DNA of 64,000 nucleotides, from NCBI GenBank assembly GCA_029552985.1, contig JAKPDB010000011.1, positions 2,833-66,832 of the forward strand, read 5' to 3'. Shown piece by piece: positions 9,635-20,929 of this stretch; position 1 is the stretch's first letter; the number at the start of each line of letters is the position of its first letter. A program made the position numbers and the translations under genes. The notes beneath the pieces are model-generated. The model did not search any database, was not told the DNA's origin, and saw only the letters and a program-made list of their open reading frames with translations. This DNA comes from a bacterium. GTDB lineage: Bacteria > Ratteibacteria > UBA8468 > B48-G9 > DTJG01.

Positions 9635-10894
9635 ATGAAAATACTTGTGATTGGAAGTGGTGGACGTGAACATGCGATATGCTGGAAAATCGCATCTGAA
9701 ATCAAAACAGGTGCACTATATGCACTTCCAGGAAATGGAGGCATAGGTGAAATAGCAAATCTGGTCAATATTTCTACCAATCAATTGCAGGAGATATCCT
9801 CTTTTGCCAAGAAAGAAAAAATTGATCTTACGATTGTTGGTCCGGAACTGCCGTTGGCTAATGGTATTGTCGATGAATTCAAAAGAAAAAGATTGAAGAT
9901 TTTTGGTCCATCTCAAAAAGCGGCAAAGCTTGAATCTTCAAAAGTGTGGGCAAAAGAATTTATGATAGAAAATGGAATTCCCACAGGATATTTTTTTGTG
10001 GCAGACAACTTTAATCAGGCCAGGATTATTCTTGAAAAGATTGAGTTTCCTGTTGTGGTTAAGTTTGATGGCCTTGCTGCAGGCAAGGGTGTAAGTGTTG
10101 CTACTGAAATGGGTCAGGCATTATCGTTTGTTGAGGATATTTTCGAAAAACATGTTTTTTCAGCCGAAAATAATAGGGTCATTATAGAACAGTTTCTTTC
10201 CGGAGAGGAGCTGTCATATCTTGTGATAACGGATGGGGAAAATTATATTCCGCTTGCCCCTGCGAGGGACTATAAAAAAATTTACGATGGCGATATGGGA
10301 CCAAATACTGGTGGTATGGGCTGCTATAGTCCAGTTTCAATGTGCAGTCCAGAACTGGAAAGTATTATAGAAAAAAAGATAGTAATTCCAACGATAAGAG
10401 GCCTTCAGAAGAAAAGTCTTGATTACTGTGGTATCATTTATTTTGGGTTGATGATAACAGAAAATGGTCCCTGTGTTCTTGAGTATAATGTGAGATTTGG
10501 TGATCCTGAAACAGAGGTTATTCTACCAAGGATGTCAAACGGGTTACTTGAAGTGCTGGATGCCGCGACAGAAAAACTATTGAACAAAACATCTATCAAA
10601 TGGAAAACAGAGTCTGCTGTCGATGTAGTCATTGCATCAGGCGGATATCCGGGAAAATATGAAACCGGCTATCCCATACGAGGACTTGATTATATTTCAA
10701 AGGATGTTGTAATTTTTCATGCAGGAACAAAGAAGGAAAACGACATTTTTATTACAGCCGGTGGTAGAGTATTGAATGTTGTTGGACTTGGAAAAACAAT
10801 TGCCCAGGCAAGGATGAAAGCGTATGAAAAGGTTGATACCATATTTTTTAAAAACATGTATTATAGAAAAGATATCGCATCTTTCCCTAGGTAA
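9635..10894 (+). CDS. purD: Phosphoribosylamine-glycine ligase
   Basis: MKILVIGSGGREHAICWK N-terminus, ATP-grasp core, GGMGCYSP and FGDPETEV motifs. Confidence 0.93.
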   Translation: MKILVIGSGGREHAICWKIASEIKTGALYALPGNGGIGEIANLVNISTNQLQEISSFAKKEKIDLTIVGPELPLANGIVDEFKRKRLKIFGPSQKAAKLESSKVWAKEFMIENGIPTGYFFVADNFNQARIILEKIEFPVVVKFDGLAAGKGVSVATEMGQALSFVEDIFEKHVFSAENNRVIIEQFLSGEELSYLVITDGENYIPLAPARDYKKIYDGDMGPNTGGMGCYSPVSMCSPELESIIEKKIVIPTIRGLQKKSLDYCGIIYFGLMITENGPCVLEYNVRFGDPETEVILPRMSNGLLEVLDAATEKLLNKTSIKWKTESAVDVVIASGGYPGKYETGYPIRGLDYISKDVVIFHAGTKKENDIFITAGGRVLNVVGLGKTIAQARMKAYEKVDTIFFKNMYYRKDIASFPR

Positions 10895-10901
10895 CCTTTC
10901 A

Positions 10902-10930
10902 TTGACAAAATTCGAATAACAGTATATACT
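10902..10930 (+). promoter_or_regulatory. Sigma70-type promoter for rpsO-pnp
   Basis: TTGACA (10902-10907), 17-nt spacer, TATACT (10925-10930), in the 85-nt gap upstream of rpsO. AAGGAG at 10966-10971 serves ATG 10980. Confidence 0.65.
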
Positions 10931-10979
10931 TAATCATAGTCCGTATTCAAAGACAAATACATATTAAGGAGAAAATGAA

Positions 10980-11246
10980 ATGTTGGATAAATCAGTGAAG
11001 GAACAATTAAAACAGAACTTTGGTCGGCATCCTCAGGATACTGGATCTCCTGAAGTCCAGATTGCTCTGTTAACGAAAAGAATTGAAGCGCTTGGTGAGC
11101 ATTTCAAAAAATACCCGAAGGACTTTAATTCTAGACGAGGTTTGTTGAAGCTCATAGGCCGCAGGCGACGTCTGTTGAAATATCTTCAGGCAAAAGATTT
11201 TGCGGCTTACCAAGCTCTTATTGAAAAGTTAAATTTGAGAAAATGA
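10980..11246 (+). CDS. rpsO: 30S ribosomal protein S15
   Basis: [45 protein letters not shown]. Confidence 0.95.
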   Translation: MLDKSVKEQLKQNFGRHPQDTGSPEVQIALLTKRIEALGEHFKKYPKDFNSRRGLLKLIGRRRRLLKYLQAKDFAAYQALIEKLNLRK

Positions 11247-13378
11247 TGGAAAAATTAGAAATAGAGCTTGGTAACAAATTGGTAACCATAGAAACGGGTT
11301 CTCTTGCAAAACAAGCTGCAGGCTCAGTAACAGTAAGCTGCGGCGAAACAGTTGTTCTCGTTACGGTCACAACAAAAAAATCAGAAGAAATCAGGGATTT
11401 TTTTCCGTTGACGTGCGACTATCGTGAACAGACGTCTGCTGCCGGTAAAATTCCAGGTGGATTTTTTAAAAGAGAAGGTAGACCCTCAGAGAGAGAGATA
11501 CTGGTCAGCCGTTTGATTGACCGTTCAATCAGACCTTTGTTTCCAGAAGATTTTACAGACGAGGTACAAGTAGTTTCTTTTGTCCTTTCTGCTGATCAAG
11601 AAAACGACCCGGATATTCTTTCTGTTATTGGTGCGTCAGGCGCTATTTTGCTTTCGGGGCTGCCTTTCAGTGGGGTTGTTGGTTGTATACGGATTGGTAG
11701 AATAGATGATAAATTTGTCATTAATCCTACGATTTCTGAACTTGAAAAAAGTACCCTGAATCTTGTTCTTTCTGGTACAGAAAACTCAATAGTAATGCTT
11801 GAGGGCTGGGCAAAAGAGCTTTCCGAAGATTTGTTTATCGATGCCACAAAGTTCGCTTTCGACTCAATAAAGCCCCTTGTCAAGTCATTGTCTTGCTGGA
11901 AACAGAATATTGATTACAAACCTGAAATTGAATTTGAGCCTGACATAGTTGAAAATGTGACATCTTTTGTAAAAAAGAAAATGGAATCAATATGGAATTA
12001 TCCAGAAAAAAAGCAGAGAAATCAGTACTACGAAAATATGCTGACAGAACTGAAGACATTCTATGGTGAACAACAGCATGCTAAGATTGAATTGATATTT
12101 AAGAAATGTCTTGAAAAAACTATCAGAGAGTTGATACTGCTGACAGGCAAAAGATTTGATGGCAGAAAACCTGATGAAATAAGACCCATTGAGTGTAAAG
12201 TGGGAGTGCTGCCAAGAACTCATGGTTCTGCACTTTTTACTCGCGGACAGACCCAGTGTCTCGCTTCAGTAACACTTGGTACAAAGCATGATCAACAAAT
12301 TATTGATGGTCTTTTTGAAGAAACATCAAAAAGATTTATGCTTCATTACAACTTTCCCCCATTTTCTGTAGGAGAGACTGGAGCTCTTCGTGGACCGTCA
12401 CGCAGGGAAATTGGCCATGGAGCGCTTGCTGAGAAATCTTTGCAGTTTCTCATACCTGATGAAACAAAGTTTCCCTATACGATAAGAATCGTGGCTAATA
12501 TTCTGGAATCAAATGGTTCCTCATCAATGGCAACAGTTTGCGCTTCAAGCCTAGCATTGATGGATGGAGGAATACCTATTCCACGACACGTCGCGGGAAT
12601 AGCACTGGGAATGATCAGGGAAAATGATAAATACATCATTTTAACAGATATAGCCGGTGAAGAAGACCATGTGGGAGATCTGGATTTGAAGATAGCAGGT
12701 ACCTACAGTGGAATCACTGCTTTTCAAATGGATGTCAAAACAGCAGAATTTTCATGGGAAATCTTGAAACAGGCCATCTTACAGAGCAAACAGGCAAGAA
12801 TAAAAATTCTTGATATCATGAATGGAGTTTTGAACTATCCCAGACCTGAAATTTCAAAATATGCGCCAAGAATTGTCTCTTTTAAGGTGTCTCCTGATAA
12901 AATTGGTCTGGTGATAGGAGGTGGTGGTAAAACCATCAGAAAGATTATTGAGGAAACAGATGTTGAAATTGATATAGAGGACGATGGAACCGTTGTAATT
13001 TATAGCCCTGAAATGGAAAAATGTCAGGCGGCGCTTGAACGGATAAAGGCAATAGTTGAAGAACCTGAAGTTGGGAAAATATATGATGGAACTGTTACAA
13101 GAATTTTTCCGTTCGGGGCCATGGTGAAATTTTTTAATGAACAGGAAGGTCTCGTCCATATTTCAGAACTAGCGCCGTACAGGGTCAATAAAGTTGAGGA
13201 TGTTGTTGGTGTCGGCGAAAAAATTAGGGTGAAATTTGTTGGTTTTGATGAGCAGGGCAGGGCAAATTTGAGCCGGAAACAGGCTCTCACACACGAGGAA
13301 CTGGAACAGGAAAGGAAAAAAACCGCCTTTCATCCCCGTTCATTCAAAAGAGATTCCCATAGAGAAACCAGAAGATAG
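11243..13378 (+). CDS. pnp: Polyribonucleotide nucleotidyltransferase (PNPase)
   Basis: 711 aa with two RNase PH domains, KH ([12 protein letters not shown]) and S1 ([15 protein letters not shown]) domains; classical rpsO-pnp pair. Confidence 0.95.
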   Translation: MMEKLEIELGNKLVTIETGSLAKQAAGSVTVSCGETVVLVTVTTKKSEEIRDFFPLTCDYREQTSAAGKIPGGFFKREGRPSEREILVSRLIDRSIRPLFPEDFTDEVQVVSFVLSADQENDPDILSVIGASGAILLSGLPFSGVVGCIRIGRIDDKFVINPTISELEKSTLNLVLSGTENSIVMLEGWAKELSEDLFIDATKFAFDSIKPLVKSLSCWKQNIDYKPEIEFEPDIVENVTSFVKKKMESIWNYPEKKQRNQYYENMLTELKTFYGEQQHAKIELIFKKCLEKTIRELILLTGKRFDGRKPDEIRPIECKVGVLPRTHGSALFTRGQTQCLASVTLGTKHDQQIIDGLFEETSKRFMLHYNFPPFSVGETGALRGPSRREIGHGALAEKSLQFLIPDETKFPYTIRIVANILESNGSSSMATVCASSLALMDGGIPIPRHVAGIALGMIRENDKYIILTDIAGEEDHVGDLDLKIAGTYSGITAFQMDVKTAEFSWEILKQAILQSKQARIKILDIMNGVLNYPRPEISKYAPRIVSFKVSPDKIGLVIGGGGKTIRKIIEETDVEIDIEDDGTVVIYSPEMEKCQAALERIKAIVEEPEVGKIYDGTVTRIFPFGAMVKFFNEQEGLVHISELAPYRVNKVEDVVGVGEKIRVKFVGFDEQGRANLSRKQALTHEELEQERKKTAFHPRSFKRDSHRETRR

Positions 13379-13380
13379 CG

Positions 13381-14070
13381 TTATTTTTTATTTTTTTCAG
13401 TGGTCTGTTTGTATAGATGAACAATCATTGATACTTCCTGTTCAATCGTCAGGTAGGTTGTATCTATCGTGATCGCATCTGGGTGTTTTCTAAGCGGTGC
13501 AATGTTTCTGTTTTTATCCCTTTCATCCCTGAGGATGATTTCTTTTTTTAAATCTTCTATATTTGTTTCGATTCCCTGTTGTTTCAATTGAAGATATCTT
13601 CTTTTTGCCCTTTCTTCAACAGAGGCATCAAGATAGATTTTCAGTTGAGCATCTGGAAAAACGATAGTCCCAATGTCCCTTCCTTCCATCACAATGTCAT
13701 ATTTTTCTCGATATGAGCGTTGAATACTCCATAATATTTCCCTGACCTCTGGAATTGATGCGATGAAATGACTGTTTTTGCTGACCAGTTCACTGCGTAT
13801 GGCTTTTGTGACTTCCAGCCCATCAAGAAAAACCCTGTAATGATTTTCGTTCTGGATAAGTTCAATTCTGGTGTTTCTGCTCATGTCTATCAGTGCATTC
13901 CTATCATTGAGGTCTAATTTTAACTGAATTGCTTTCAATGTGAGTGCCCGGTACATTGCACCAGTATCAACATAAAGAAAACCAAGTGCCTTTGCCACAA
14001 GCATTGCCACTGTACTTTTGCCGGCACCAGCAGGTCCGTCAATTGCAATAACAAAACGCTTATGACTCAA
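13381..14070 (-). CDS. cmk: Cytidylate kinase
   Basis: IAIDGPAGAGKSTVA P-loop followed by YVDTGAMYRA. Confidence 0.92.
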   Translation of the reverse strand: MSHKRFVIAIDGPAGAGKSTVAMLVAKALGFLYVDTGAMYRALTLKAIQLKLDLNDRNALIDMSRNTRIELIQNENHYRVFLDGLEVTKAIRSELVSKNSHFIASIPEVREILWSIQRSYREKYDIVMEGRDIGTIVFPDAQLKIYLDASVEERAKRRYLQLKQQGIETNIEDLKKEIILRDERDKNRNIAPLRKHPDAITIDTTYLTIEQEVSMIVHLYKQTTEKNKK

Positions 14071-14617
14071 GAATTTCCTTTTCTTTTAGAGAAGTTTTCT
14101 TTTCAATTTCTTCGATAAATTTGTCTGTTAACTGTTGTAATTTTTCAGTTGCCTTAAAAGAATCATCTTCAGAAATTTTCTTCTCCTTCTCAAGTATTTT
14201 TATTTCCTCCTTTACTTTTCTTCTTATTTCCCTTACTTCAACTTTTGCCTGTTCTTCAAGTTTTCTCAGTATTTTGACCAGTTCCTTTCTCCTTTCTTCA
14301 CTCAGAGGTGGCACTGAAATTTTTATCGTTGCAGAATCAGCAACTGGATTCAATCCGAGATTACTCATCTGAATGGCTTTTACTATTTTGTCAATGGTCG
14401 TTTTATCCCATGGCTGGATTATAAGAGTTTGCGGATTGGGGATTGACACAGTCGCAATTTGATTGATTGGCAGTCTGGAACCATAATACTCTACCAGAAC
14501 TCCTTCAAGAAGTGATACAGAAGCGCGGCCAAGACGGAAATTGTTTATTTCTCTGACGAAATGGTCTTCAACCTTTTTCATGTTCATTTCTGCTTGCTGG
14601 CAGATTTCTTTTATCAT
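14060..14617 (-). CDS. frr: Ribosome recycling factor
   Basis: 185 aa; RLGRASVSLLEGVLVEYYGSRLPINQIATVS and a C-terminal coiled coil typical of RRF; pyrH-frr synteny. Confidence 0.93.
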   Translation of the reverse strand: MIKEICQQAEMNMKKVEDHFVREINNFRLGRASVSLLEGVLVEYYGSRLPINQIATVSIPNPQTLIIQPWDKTTIDKIVKAIQMSNLGLNPVADSATIKISVPPLSEERRKELVKILRKLEEQAKVEVREIRRKVKEEIKILEKEKKISEDDSFKATEKLQQLTDKFIEEIEKKTSLKEKEILES

Positions 14618-14630
14618 AGTACCTCCTCCT

Positions 14631-15371
14631 TTAAAGTAAATGACATAGTTTTGAACCGGTATCAGCGATCACTGTTTTTGTCCCTTTACCAAATATAATT
14701 TTCTTCAGATTTCCTTTCTTGAAAAGATTAAACACAATGATTGGTAATCTGTTGTTCAAACATAATGTTATTGCAGTATTATCCATTACCTTCAGCTCTT
14801 TTGCAAGAACATCCTTGTATGTTAACCAGTCATACCTTTTCGCATTTTTGTTTTTCAATGGGTCATCAGTATAAACTCCGTCAACCTTAGTTGCTTTTAA
14901 TATTACTTCAGCACCAATTTCTATTGCTTTTAACGCAGCGGCAGTATCTGTTGTGAAATAGGGATTCCCTGTTCCACCCACAAATATTACAATTCTACCT
15001 TTTTCAAGATGCCTGATCGCCCTTCTTCTTATGTAGGGTTCGCAAAACTGTCTCATTTCAAATGCACTCTGAACTCTGGTAATTGCGTTCATTTTCTCAA
15101 GACAACTTTGAAGGGCAAGGCCATTGATGACAGTTGCAAGCATGCCCATGTAATCGCCAGTGATTTCATCGATTACCTTTTCATCTCGAGTAATTCCTCT
15201 AAAAATATTTCCTCCACCGATAACTATTGCTGTCTGACATCCAAGTTCTGTCACTTCTTTGATTTCCTGTGCGATGGATATCAACGAGTTTGAGTGAATA
15301 CCAAATTTTTCATCACCCATCAGTGCCTCACCTGACAATTTCAACATGATTCTTTTGAATATTGGTTTCAT
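14631..15371 (-). CDS. pyrH: UMP kinase
   Basis: [37 protein letters not shown] motifs. Confidence 0.94.
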   Translation of the reverse strand: MKPIFKRIMLKLSGEALMGDEKFGIHSNSLISIAQEIKEVTELGCQTAIVIGGGNIFRGITRDEKVIDEITGDYMGMLATVINGLALQSCLEKMNAITRVQSAFEMRQFCEPYIRRRAIRHLEKGRIVIFVGGTGNPYFTTDTAAALKAIEIGAEVILKATKVDGVYTDDPLKNKNAKRYDWLTYKDVLAKELKVMDNTAITLCLNNRLPIIVFNLFKKGNLKKIIFGKGTKTVIADTGSKLCHLL

Positions 15372-16861
15372 ATTTTTATCCTTTGAAACAGAATTTCACG
15401 TTGACCAGATTTTATGCCTTCTGGAATTTTCAAAGCATCCTTGTTAAGTAGAATATTGTTTTTACTGTGTGGTATATTGAGAATTTTCCAAATTTTCTGC
15501 GCAGTTTCAGGCATAAAAGGATAGATAAACAACGAAATAATGTGTATACCTGCGATACACTGTGAAAGTGTATTTTTTGCGCTGGTCAATGGCGAATTCC
15601 ATGGTTTTTCTGTATCAAGCAATCTGTTAATTTCTCCCACAATTTTCCAGATTTCACTAAGAGCATCCGAAAAACACACATCTTCCATTGTTTTGTCAAC
15701 ATTTGTTATGACACTGTCAACAAGTTGTTCCATTTCAGAACCGACATATCCTGTCGGGATAATTCCATTGAACAATTTTTCCACCAGGTTCAATGTTCTG
15801 TTGACAAGATTCCCAAGATCATTTGCCAGGTCACTGTTGAAACGCTTAATAAATTTCTCTTCCGAAAATTCGCCATCAAGTCCAAACGGTACTTCTCTCA
15901 GCAAAAAATATCTAAAACCATCAACTCCGAAACGATTCACCAGGTTGAGCGGGTCCACAATATTCCCTTTAGATTTTGATATCTTTTCGCTACCGATTGT
16001 CCACCAGCCATGTGCAAAAATTTTTTTAGGTAATTCTAGTCCAAGTGCCAGTAACAATGCTGGCCATATAATTGCATGAAATCTAAGAATGTCCTTTCCT
16101 ATCAGTTGAACATCAGGTGGCCAGTATTCGTTTGTTGTATTATTTTTGTAACCGACTCCGGTAAGATAGTTTAAGAGAGCATCAAACCATACATATACTG
16201 TGTACTTTTCAGGCGTCGGTGAGGGTATACCCCAGATAGAACCCTGCCTTGTGACAGAAAGGTCATTGAGTCCTTGAGATATAAAACTTTTTACTTCTTC
16301 AAGGCGAAACCGTGGTTGAATGATCTCAGGGTTTTTTTCAAAATAATTAATAAGAGCATTTCCATATCTGGATAACTTGAAAAAATATGATTTTTCGGTC
16401 AGTATTGTCACTGGTCTATTGCAATCAGGACATGCTGGATTTGATTGGTCAATTTTTGCTTTTGGTATGAAACATTCACAAGGAATACAATAATATCCAG
16501 AGTATTCTCCCTGATATATGTCTCCATTTTCCATTAGTTTTTTAAATACTTCACGCACTGTGAGTTCGTGTTCTTTTTCAGTTGTGCGTATGAATCTTGT
16601 ATAAGAAATGTTCAGTTTGCTCCACATGTTTTTAAATACATCAGACATTTCATCTGTGAACTGTTTTATTGTGACACCCTTTTTTTCTGCTGCTTGGGCG
16701 ATTTTATCTCCGTGTTCGTCTGTTCCGGTAAGAAAAAATACTTCTTTCCCTCTCATTCTGTGATATCTTGACAGACAATCAGCAGCGATTGTTGTATAAC
16801 AATGGCCAATATGTGGCTGAGCATTAATGTAATAGATCGGCGTGGTAATATAAAATTTCAT
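15368..16861 (-). CDS. metG: Methionyl-tRNA synthetase (short form, no C-terminal tRNA-binding domain)
   Basis: HIGH-type [16 protein letters not shown] (KMSKS), zinc knuckle CIPCECF..CPDC. Confidence 0.93.
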   Translation of the reverse strand: MKFYITTPIYYINAQPHIGHCYTTIAADCLSRYHRMRGKEVFFLTGTDEHGDKIAQAAEKKGVTIKQFTDEMSDVFKNMWSKLNISYTRFIRTTEKEHELTVREVFKKLMENGDIYQGEYSGYYCIPCECFIPKAKIDQSNPACPDCNRPVTILTEKSYFFKLSRYGNALINYFEKNPEIIQPRFRLEEVKSFISQGLNDLSVTRQGSIWGIPSPTPEKYTVYVWFDALLNYLTGVGYKNNTTNEYWPPDVQLIGKDILRFHAIIWPALLLALGLELPKKIFAHGWWTIGSEKISKSKGNIVDPLNLVNRFGVDGFRYFLLREVPFGLDGEFSEEKFIKRFNSDLANDLGNLVNRTLNLVEKLFNGIIPTGYVGSEMEQLVDSVITNVDKTMEDVCFSDALSEIWKIVGEINRLLDTEKPWNSPLTSAKNTLSQCIAGIHIISLFIYPFMPETAQKIWKILNIPHSKNNILLNKDALKIPEGIKSGQREILFQRIKI

Positions 16862-17520
16862 TGTTCACTTTCTCCGTTTTCATACATTTTGCTTTCGTAT
16901 ATTAAACAACACATCAATCTCCCGCATAAGCCGGATATTTTGCTCATATCAAGTGGAAGACTCTGTGTCTTTACAAGTTTCATTGTAATAGGTTCAAAAT
17001 CTTTAAGAAATCTATGACAGCATATTTCCTGGCCGCATATACCAAAGCCACCTTTAATTTTTGCTTCATCTCTTAGTCCGATCTGGCGCATTTCAATTCT
17101 GCAATTGAATATCGATGCAAGCTCTTTGACAAGTTTTCTGAAGTCGACTCGTCCAGGAGCCCAATAATAGAATGTGATTACTGTTCTATCAAATGAATAG
17201 GTCACATCGATAAGTTTCATTGGCAGATTAATTTCCTTAATTTTCCCATTACAAATTTTGAATGCCTCTTGTTTAAGAAGCTCATTTTCCTGGATTACAA
17301 GCATGTCTTGCTCATTTATCTTTCTCAAGATTTTTCCAGAAATGGCTTGCTTAGGATTCATCTGTCCAGGGTCAAAAATAGCATAAACTTTTGCATAATC
17401 CTGAGTTCCTTTGGCAAATTCAACTATACAAAGATCTCCAGGTGCCAAGTCAGGGATGTCTCCTGAAGCAAAGCATGGTTTTTCAACCTTTCTGACCTGT
17501 ATTTCAAAAATCTTTTCCAT
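16858..17520 (-). CDS. PSP1 domain protein (YaaT/RicT-like)
   Basis: The Cys-rich CGQEICCHRF..GLCGRLMCCLIYE pattern is characteristic of the PSP1 C-terminal domain. Confidence 0.8.
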   Translation of the reverse strand: MEKIFEIQVRKVEKPCFASGDIPDLAPGDLCIVEFAKGTQDYAKVYAIFDPGQMNPKQAISGKILRKINEQDMLVIQENELLKQEAFKICNGKIKEINLPMKLIDVTYSFDRTVITFYYWAPGRVDFRKLVKELASIFNCRIEMRQIGLRDEAKIKGGFGICGQEICCHRFLKDFEPITMKLVKTQSLPLDMSKISGLCGRLMCCLIYESKMYENGESEQ

Positions 17521-19294
17521 CCTTATATTCCTTAATTGTGCGTGCTTCGTCTTTGCTACTGGCCGGCAAATTCAATCCTTTTTCAAGATAAATTTTCGCA
17601 AGTTTCTCATTTCCTATTTTTTTATAAAATTCACCAATTTCGATGTTATAAAGTGCCTTCGATGGATACAAATTTATTACCTGTAAAAACTCTTTTTCGG
17701 CATCATCATTTTTACCAAGTTCAACGAACAACCTTGCAAGCATTTTGTGATAGAGCGGTACCAAAGGATTCATTTCTATGGCTTTTTTGTAAGCATCAAC
17801 AGCCCTTTCAGCAAACTCTATATTTCTAGTTTCTTGATACGCAAACCTGAAAATTTCTCCTTCAATAAAAAAGATTTCAGGTTCAGGAAATATATTAGAT
17901 GCCTGTTCCAGAACCTGAATGGGATTGTTGCTTTTACCTCTTTTAATGTTTTCTAAAATATTTTCTACTTGCCACGTCTTATATTCCAGAACGAGTGCGA
18001 TAGGCATCACAATAATGATAATGCCTGCAAGCGATTTTGTCAATGTTTTTGATTTAATATTTTGTGTACCTGAGTATGATTCTACAAGTCCAGCAAAGGC
18101 GAATAATATGCAGGTAACTGCCACATTAGCATAATCAAAATCTATAAGACTGTGGAGTAAAAATCCGGTCATACCAAATATATAACCGGCTATTAATTGA
18201 TTTTTTGGAAAAAGGAAATTGTGAAGATTTTCCTTGATGAAAAAAAATGCTGTTGTTACGAAAACAACAAGTCCGACGAGTCCAGTACATACAAGGATTT
18301 CTACAATTAGATTATGAGCAAATTTTGCTTCCATCGCACCAGGAATTTTGAACCGAAGATAAAATTGAGAAAAATTTCCGGGTCCAACACCTGTGAAAGG
18401 ATGGTTTTTGAATATTTGCATTCCTGATGACCAGTAGTTTATCCTGTCTATCAATGAACCAAATTTGGGCATCACTCCGGATGTGAATCCATGGTACGCA
18501 AGTAAAATGAGTATTATGAAAAAAAAGAAACAAAAATAAAGGTAATATTTTTTCGGAATTACAAAGTACATCAGCATCAAAATTGATACAATAATAAAAC
18601 AAAACCATCCGCCCATGGATTCTGTTGCTGCCAATACTGGTAATAACGTGATGAGAACAATTCCCGTCAGTATTTTCAGCGAGATACTCGTTTGTGAAAA
18701 AAGATAAAAAAATACAACAGGATAAAGCATTAATAAATACCCTGCAAATGTATTGGGATAAACAAATGTTGAGAAAATTCTGTTGCTTGCTATTCGATCC
18801 ATGTATGTGTCAGATATATTATCTATCAATTCTGGATGCTGCAATATGGTTTGTCGCGTGGCTTCCAATCCCCAGAAGTATTGATGAATACCATAAATCA
18901 TAATCAATACCATTGAACAAAGAAATATACTGGTAACACAGGAAATGTCCTTTTCTTCAAATACTATTTTAAAAAGGAACCATGTTGTAAGAAGGCTAAA
19001 AAAATAGGGAAACTGTTTTATTGTTGTTGTCCATGCAGGCCATAGAGGAACAAATGCCAGACACATTATTGTAAAAATCAGAAAACAAAGCAAAGGATAT
19101 GTGAATGTTAAATTTTTTTTCATCACAAAAATGCAAACAGGCAACAACGTGAAAAACGCGAGATTGTAAGTGTGATTGAATGCAGGACTTGAAAATCCAT
19201 CGAAAAAAGGCCTGAGAAATATCATGGTCACAATAATAAACTTGAGCACATTTACATAAAAACCAGAGTGACTACTTTCAATGTTTTTTTTCAT
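17504..19294 (-). CDS. O-antigen ligase/Wzy_C-family polytopic membrane protein with C-terminal TPR repeats
   Basis: About 12 hydrophobic segments. RINYWSSGMQIFKNHPFTGVGPGNF and AHNLIVEILVCTGLVGL match the Wzy_C loop. The last ~170 aa are TPR-like (AVDAYKKAIEMNP.., EKEFLQVINLYP.., KIYLEKGLNL). Confidence 0.75.
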   Translation of the reverse strand: MKKNIESSHSGFYVNVLKFIIVTMIFLRPFFDGFSSPAFNHTYNLAFFTLLPVCIFVMKKNLTFTYPLLCFLIFTIMCLAFVPLWPAWTTTIKQFPYFFSLLTTWFLFKIVFEEKDISCVTSIFLCSMVLIMIYGIHQYFWGLEATRQTILQHPELIDNISDTYMDRIASNRIFSTFVYPNTFAGYLLMLYPVVFFYLFSQTSISLKILTGIVLITLLPVLAATESMGGWFCFIIVSILMLMYFVIPKKYYLYFCFFFFIILILLAYHGFTSGVMPKFGSLIDRINYWSSGMQIFKNHPFTGVGPGNFSQFYLRFKIPGAMEAKFAHNLIVEILVCTGLVGLVVFVTTAFFFIKENLHNFLFPKNQLIAGYIFGMTGFLLHSLIDFDYANVAVTCILFAFAGLVESYSGTQNIKSKTLTKSLAGIIIIVMPIALVLEYKTWQVENILENIKRGKSNNPIQVLEQASNIFPEPEIFFIEGEIFRFAYQETRNIEFAERAVDAYKKAIEMNPLVPLYHKMLARLFVELGKNDDAEKEFLQVINLYPSKALYNIEIGEFYKKIGNEKLAKIYLEKGLNLPASSKDEARTIKEYKDGKDF

Positions 19295-20186
19295 TCCTGC
19301 TGCCGATAACAGAGTAAAAATTTTTTCTCGTCTTATTCAAATAATCGAGTATGACCTGACATACTCTCGATGCAAGATCAGGCATGATGACCAGAGATGT
19401 CCCTATTCCAACCGCTGAAGCACCTGAAAAAATCATTTCCAGTGCTTTTTGCCCGGAGTTAATACCGCCCAGACCTATAATTGGGATAGAAACTTTTCTG
19501 TACAACTCAAATACCATTCTCAAAGCCATTGGAAAAATCATTGGACCTGACACGCCACCCGCATACATTTTTTCTCTGTTCCAGTCATAATAAAGACCTT
19601 TGAATGTATTAACTGCGCTCAAAATGTCAGCGCCTGCTTGTTCTGCAGCCAGCCCTACTTCGCAAATGTCTGTTACATTTGGACTGAGTTTTGCAATTAA
19701 TACCTTGTTCGTGAGCCGCCTTGCTTCCTTGAGCATTTTGAATGTAAAATCTGGATTTTCTGCAATTGTTTTATTTGTTTCAATATTCGGGCAAGAAAGA
19801 TTCAGTTCCAATGCATCGATACCTTTTTTATTGCTGAGAAATTCAATACTTTTGAATATATCATCTTGATTTTTACCACCAATGCTTACTATCAGGGTTT
19901 TATTAAGGTTGCGTAGAATTTCCAATTTTTCTTCATAGAAACGTCTTACTCCGATATTCTGCAATCCAATACTATTCATCAACCCATTTTGAAATTCCCA
20001 TATTCGTGGTGGTGGATTACCTGCATTCTCTTTCCATGTCAAGGTTTTTGTGATAATTGCTCCAATATATTGATAATCTATGATATCTATTAACTCATCG
20101 CCGTATCCAAATGTTCCGCTGGCAGGTAGCACTGGAGTATCCAGTTTCAGTTTACTTAATTTTATTTGCAATTTTTTCATTTCCAT
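19278..20186 (-). CDS. pyrD: Dihydroorotate dehydrogenase, class 1B catalytic subunit
   Basis: PASGTFGYG, LNLSCPN, GGINSGQKALEMIFSGASAVGIGT; paired with pyrK. Confidence 0.92.
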   Translation of the reverse strand: MEMKKLQIKLSKLKLDTPVLPASGTFGYGDELIDIIDYQYIGAIITKTLTWKENAGNPPPRIWEFQNGLMNSIGLQNIGVRRFYEEKLEILRNLNKTLIVSIGGKNQDDIFKSIEFLSNKKGIDALELNLSCPNIETNKTIAENPDFTFKMLKEARRLTNKVLIAKLSPNVTDICEVGLAAEQAGADILSAVNTFKGLYYDWNREKMYAGGVSGPMIFPMALRMVFELYRKVSIPIIGLGGINSGQKALEMIFSGASAVGIGTSLVIMPDLASRVCQVILDYLNKTRKNFYSVIGSRNEKKH

Positions 20187-20929
20187 TTGATTAATCTGTT
20201 ATGAAATACTGGGCCATCTTTGCAAACTCTTTGATAACCCAATGTAGTTTCCACTACACAACCCTGGCATACACCAAGACCACAGAACATGACATTTTCA
20301 AGGGAAACATAGGCATCAATGTTTTCTTTTGCACACAGGAGTCCTAAGCTTTTTAACATAGCAAAAGGACCTGCAGAAAATATGATATCTGGTTTTTCTT
20401 TCAGTATTTCTTTTGTTAAAATTTCGATAACTGTAGCTTTTTCTCCTGCACTTCCATCATCAGTAGAGATAATTTTCTTATAGTTACCTTCTGGAAGCAA
20501 AAAGTCAAGCAGATCATTTTTTGTTCTTGCTCCATAGAGAATTTTGAAGTCATTGCCTGATTGAATGAATTTATCTGCGACAAATAAGATGGGGGCAATA
20601 CCTATACCTCCGGCAACAAGATAAATTTTTTGCTGTTTTTCAATACCTGGAAAACTGTTGCCAAGGGGTCCGAGAATATCGATCTTTGTTCCGTTTGAAA
20701 GTTCAGCCAGTTTTTTTGTTCCAGGACCTTTTATCTGAAAAACGATTCTAATTTTTTCGGGAGAATATCCTGCAATTGATAATGGACGCCTCATAAAGGC
20801 ACCGCCAGTAAAAATGTGAACAAATTGACCTGGCTGAGGAATTGAATCAAATCTATTTTCAAAAAATAATTCCACGTATTTTCCATTAAAAATTTTTTTT
20901 GACAGAACCCTGACTTTTTTGTGTTTCAT
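20177..20929 (-). CDS. pyrK: Dihydroorotate dehydrogenase electron-transfer subunit
   Basis: RRPLSIA FAD motif, GGIGIAP NAD motif, C-terminal CGLGVCQGC..C 2Fe-2S cluster. The internal ATG at 20929 gives a 4-nt overlap with uppP; the ORF-track start at 20983 is unlikely. Confidence 0.88.
   Translation of the reverse strand: MKHKKVRVLSKKIFNGKYVELFFENRFDSIPQPGQFVHIFTGGAFMRRPLSIAGYSPEKIRIVFQIKGPGTKKLAELSNGTKIDILGPLGNSFPGIEKQQKIYLVAGGIGIAPILFVADKFIQSGNDFKILYGARTKNDLLDFLLPEGNYKKIISTDDGSAGEKATVIEILTKEILKEKPDIIFSAGPFAMLKSLGLLCAKENIDAYVSLENVMFCGLGVCQGCVVETTLGYQRVCKDGPVFHNRLIKWK

Noticed and set aside
15540-16079. 179-aa plus-strand ORF inside metG (also 15725-15979)
   Set aside because: It is antisense to a well-supported metG coding frame, and its Ser/Phe/Leu-rich sequence has no motifs. 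Shadow ORF.
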